DNA from: a virus
Lineage: Duplodnaviria; Caudoviricetes
Reading direction: 5' to 3' (one strand)
IMG/VR virus record: IMGVR_UViG_3300011444_000015
Coordinates: 1-38,081 of that record
Length of the DNA: 38,081 bases
Part shown: positions 35,917 through 38,081 of the stretch, one piece after another
Layout: the number at the start of each line of letters is the position of its first letter
How positions within the stretch are numbered: position 1 is the first letter of the stretch
The notes under the pieces: generated by a model
Seen by the model: only the letters and a program-made list of their open reading frames with translations
Database searches by the model: none
Told to the model about the DNA's origin: nothing
Translations under genes and position numbers: made by a program

Positions 35917-36399
35917 ATGATTACGATTAAACTTTCCGACGAAACGCTTCAAGCGCTCGGGGCTACTGCCACTGATGCGGAAGCCAAGATTCTCGCACTG
36001 GCGAAAGCCAACGCGACCTTGACCGCTCAAAATGAGGGATTCTCCGCACTGGCTTCGGAGGTTAAAGCGCTATTCGCCGCGCAGGATGCCAAGATTGCCG
36101 CGCTCGACGCTCGCAAAGTTGAAGCCGTTGTGTCCGCCGCTGACCGCACCGCGATCATCGACGCTGCGAAGGCTGAAGCGAAGATCGTGGCCGCTTCCGA
36201 GGTCGCCGCCGTCATTGCGAAAGCTGGCGTGCAATCGATCAAGGCGGGTGACGCCGATACCGGCAAGGTTGTGGACTTTCCTGAATGCGTGAAAGCCAAG
36301 GTCGCCGCTGGCATGACCAAGAGCGCTGCCATCGAGGCGAGCGTGAAAGAATTTCCCGAGGCATTCGCCATCTGGAAGAAAACCGGAGGTAATCTGTGA
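35917..36399 (+). CDS. Scaffold-like Ala-rich coiled-coil protein
   Basis: Helical protein between the protease and cement/capsid genes. Confidence 0.6.
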   Translation: MITIKLSDETLQALGATATDAEAKILALAKANATLTAQNEGFSALASEVKALFAAQDAKIAALDARKVEAVVSAADRTAIIDAAKAEAKIVAASEVAAVIAKAGVQSIKAGDADTGKVVDFPECVKAKVAAGMTKSAAIEASVKEFPEAFAIWKKTGGNL

Positions 36400-36758
36400 G
36401 CGCACAAAACGAAACAGGATTCAGGACATTTCAGGCGACTGCGGTCGCCATCGCAAAAGCTGTCCGCGTTGACCTGACTGCCGCTGGCCTTGTGCAAGCG
36501 GGAGCCGCGGCACTCGGGAGCATTGGCGTGACACAGGAAGACGTTGCCGCATCTGGCTATGTCACCGTTCGACTGTGGACTTCTGACGGTGACCAGTTCG
36601 TTACTGCCAGCGTCAACAACATCGCCAAAGGCGATAAACTTTACCCGGCTGCGTCCGGTCAGGTCACAAACGTTGCCGGTATGCTCGTAGCACTTGGCGT
36701 GGCGCTCGAAGCGTCAACTGCCGTTGGCGACATCATCATCATGCTTCCGCTTCGGTAA
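36396..36758 (+). CDS. Capsid cement/decoration protein (DUF2190-like)
   Basis: IAKGDKLY.AASG...GVALEA...GDII. Confidence 0.75.
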   Translation: MSAQNETGFRTFQATAVAIAKAVRVDLTAAGLVQAGAAALGSIGVTQEDVAASGYVTVRLWTSDGDQFVTASVNNIAKGDKLYPAASGQVTNVAGMLVALGVALEASTAVGDIIIMLPLR

Positions 36759-36780
36759 CCCCAAAAGGAAAAAGTAACAT

Positions 36781-37743
36781 ATGGCATTTTCAGATTCAGG
36801 TGCAGTATTAAGGGCCGACCTCCGGACACTGGTCGAGGAAGCCGCGCGCGCCGATGAAATGTTTATCGGCCTCAAGGTGTTGCCGGAAACCCCGTCCGAC
36901 AATAAGACCGGCCAATATCCCAAGTTCAGGCTGGCCAAGGGCGAACTACTCAACGATGACGCGCAGGTCCGTCAGCCCGGTGCTGGCTACAACCGCATCA
37001 TCCGCGCGTATGAAAACGACAATCTTCTTTGCTTAGATCGCGGCTTGGAAGAAGTCGTTGACGACACCTACAAAGAGGATGTCGCTCGATATTTCGCCGC
37101 CGAAGTGAAGGCCGCGCAGTTCATCCGCCGCCAGGTCCAGATCGGCCACGAAGTCCGCGTTGCTACTGCGATGCAAGACACCGCCGTTTGGAACCATACC
37201 GCGGCAGCCGTGGCCTACACTGAAGCGAACCTTGCGACCATCAAGGTTATCAAGGATATCACCGACGCGATTGGTCGTTGCAATGACAAGGGTGTCATTC
37301 CCAACACGATCATCATGTCGAAGAACGTTTGGCTCCGGACTCGCCGGACGGCTGACGTGATCAGTTATATCCGTGGCTCGAAATCCACCGATGCGGCTGT
37401 TCTCGCGAACGCTTCGCAGTTTGCCAGCATCTTCGTTGACGACGGCATCAAGCAGTGCCTCGTTGGAAAATTCCCAAAGAACACTGCCAAGAAAGGCCAG
37501 GCTTATGTTGCTGGCTCAATTTGGTCCGATCTCGAAGTGTGGGTTGGATATGTCGAGAGCGGTGACCCGATGTCCGGCGGCGCTGGCCGCACGTTCTTCT
37601 GGAACAAAGAAGGCGGATTCCTGGTGCCTGAGACCTACCGGAGCGAAGAACGCCGGTCCGATATCGTGCGCGTGCGTCAGAACACTGTCGAAAAAATCAT
37701 CGACGCCACTGCCGGTGAACTCATCGACACTAGTTACGCATAA
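36781..37743 (+). CDS. Major capsid protein (lambda gpE-like, HK97 fold)
   Basis: 320 aa after the cement gene; EVRVA, PNTIIMS and GRTF motifs. Confidence 0.8.
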   Translation: MAFSDSGAVLRADLRTLVEEAARADEMFIGLKVLPETPSDNKTGQYPKFRLAKGELLNDDAQVRQPGAGYNRIIRAYENDNLLCLDRGLEEVVDDTYKEDVARYFAAEVKAAQFIRRQVQIGHEVRVATAMQDTAVWNHTAAAVAYTEANLATIKVIKDITDAIGRCNDKGVIPNTIIMSKNVWLRTRRTADVISYIRGSKSTDAAVLANASQFASIFVDDGIKQCLVGKFPKNTAKKGQAYVAGSIWSDLEVWVGYVESGDPMSGGAGRTFFWNKEGGFLVPETYRSEERRSDIVRVRQNTVEKIIDATAGELIDTSYA

Positions 37744-37954
37744 GATTTTCGTTAATCGCGATGCCATCAGGGAGACGAGCGATTGTCTCCCTGTTGTCAT
37801 TTTGGGCGACGACGGCGAGGCGGTGCGATGTCAGTCGGTCGAAATCTCGGGACCGAGCCGGGTCATATTTTCGCCGCACGGTTTCAAGTTTGGCGAGGCG
37901 GTAGTCAGGATCTGGATAGAAACTAATTTCGATGTCATACCCCTAACCGGGTGA
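37715..37954 (+). CDS. Small phage protein, start uncertain
   Basis: HKIFVNRDAIR...VEISGPSRVIFSP...VRIWIET. Only an overlapping GTG is available as a start. Confidence 0.45.
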   Translation: MNSSTLVTHKIFVNRDAIRETSDCLPVVILGDDGEAVRCQSVEISGPSRVIFSPHGFKFGEAVVRIWIETNFDVIPLTG

Positions 37955-38005
37955 CCAGCGCAACGCCGGGTCAAAGCGCTATACCAAAATCCCGGCATTA
38001 CTTTT

Positions 38006-38081
38006 GTGAGCACATTGAGCGCTGCTTATGAATCCTTTTGGGACGCGCAACTTTCCTGTTTCGACGCCGAAACCATTGTCA
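38006..38081 (+). CDS. 3'-truncated gene, possible head-closure protein
   Basis: GTG start (MSTLSAAYESFWDAQ...) open to the window edge. Confidence 0.35.
   Translation, partial: MSTLSAAYESFWDAQLSCFDAETIV

Larger units (their letters stand above)
1..38081 (+). mobile_element. Temperate tailed phage (Caudoviricetes, lambda-like head module), near-complete, excised/attP form
   Basis: Terminase, portal, protease, capsid, tape measure, integrase, attP, replication and recombination genes in phage order. No host housekeeping genes. Confidence 0.95.

Noticed and set aside
29463-36497. Long minus-strand ORFs opposite terminase, portal and scaffold genes
   Set aside because: Antisense shadows typical of GC-rich coding DNA; no motifs.
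37373-37714. Upstream part of ORF 37373-37954
   Set aside because: Out-of-frame overlap with the major capsid gene; only the part beyond about 37735 looks protein-like.

Overview
The whole window is one temperate tailed phage genome, nearly complete and opened in the tail region. Gene order: tail/virion genes (1-8651), small membrane/lipoprotein genes (8648-10167), tyrosine integrase and an attP matching a tRNA-Val 3' end (10404-11690), a divergent immunity switch (11654-12857), a long rightward early operon (recombination, beta-clamp remnant, MazG, helicase, PAPS-reductase-like, helicase-methyltransferase, VRR-NUC, primase-helicase, iteron origin; 12520-29310), then lambda-like packaging and head genes (terS, gpA-type terL, gpW-like, portal, S49 protease, cement, major capsid; 29413-37743). 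Phage genes flank attP on both sides, so this is the excised/virion form. A Verrucomicrobiota (Pedosphaera-like) host is inferred from protein motifs only. The most unusual signals are: a lysogeny switch built from two paralogous ribbon-helix-helix proteins with shared operators; three candidate structured RNAs; a 60-bp repeat solenoid gene varying at three binary codons; a TTGMCA-N17-CAAGG late-promoter motif; a signal-peptide-bearing, TN-rich protein in the tail module; and a run of internally deleted accessory genes. All family calls are from motifs read by eye; no searches were run.
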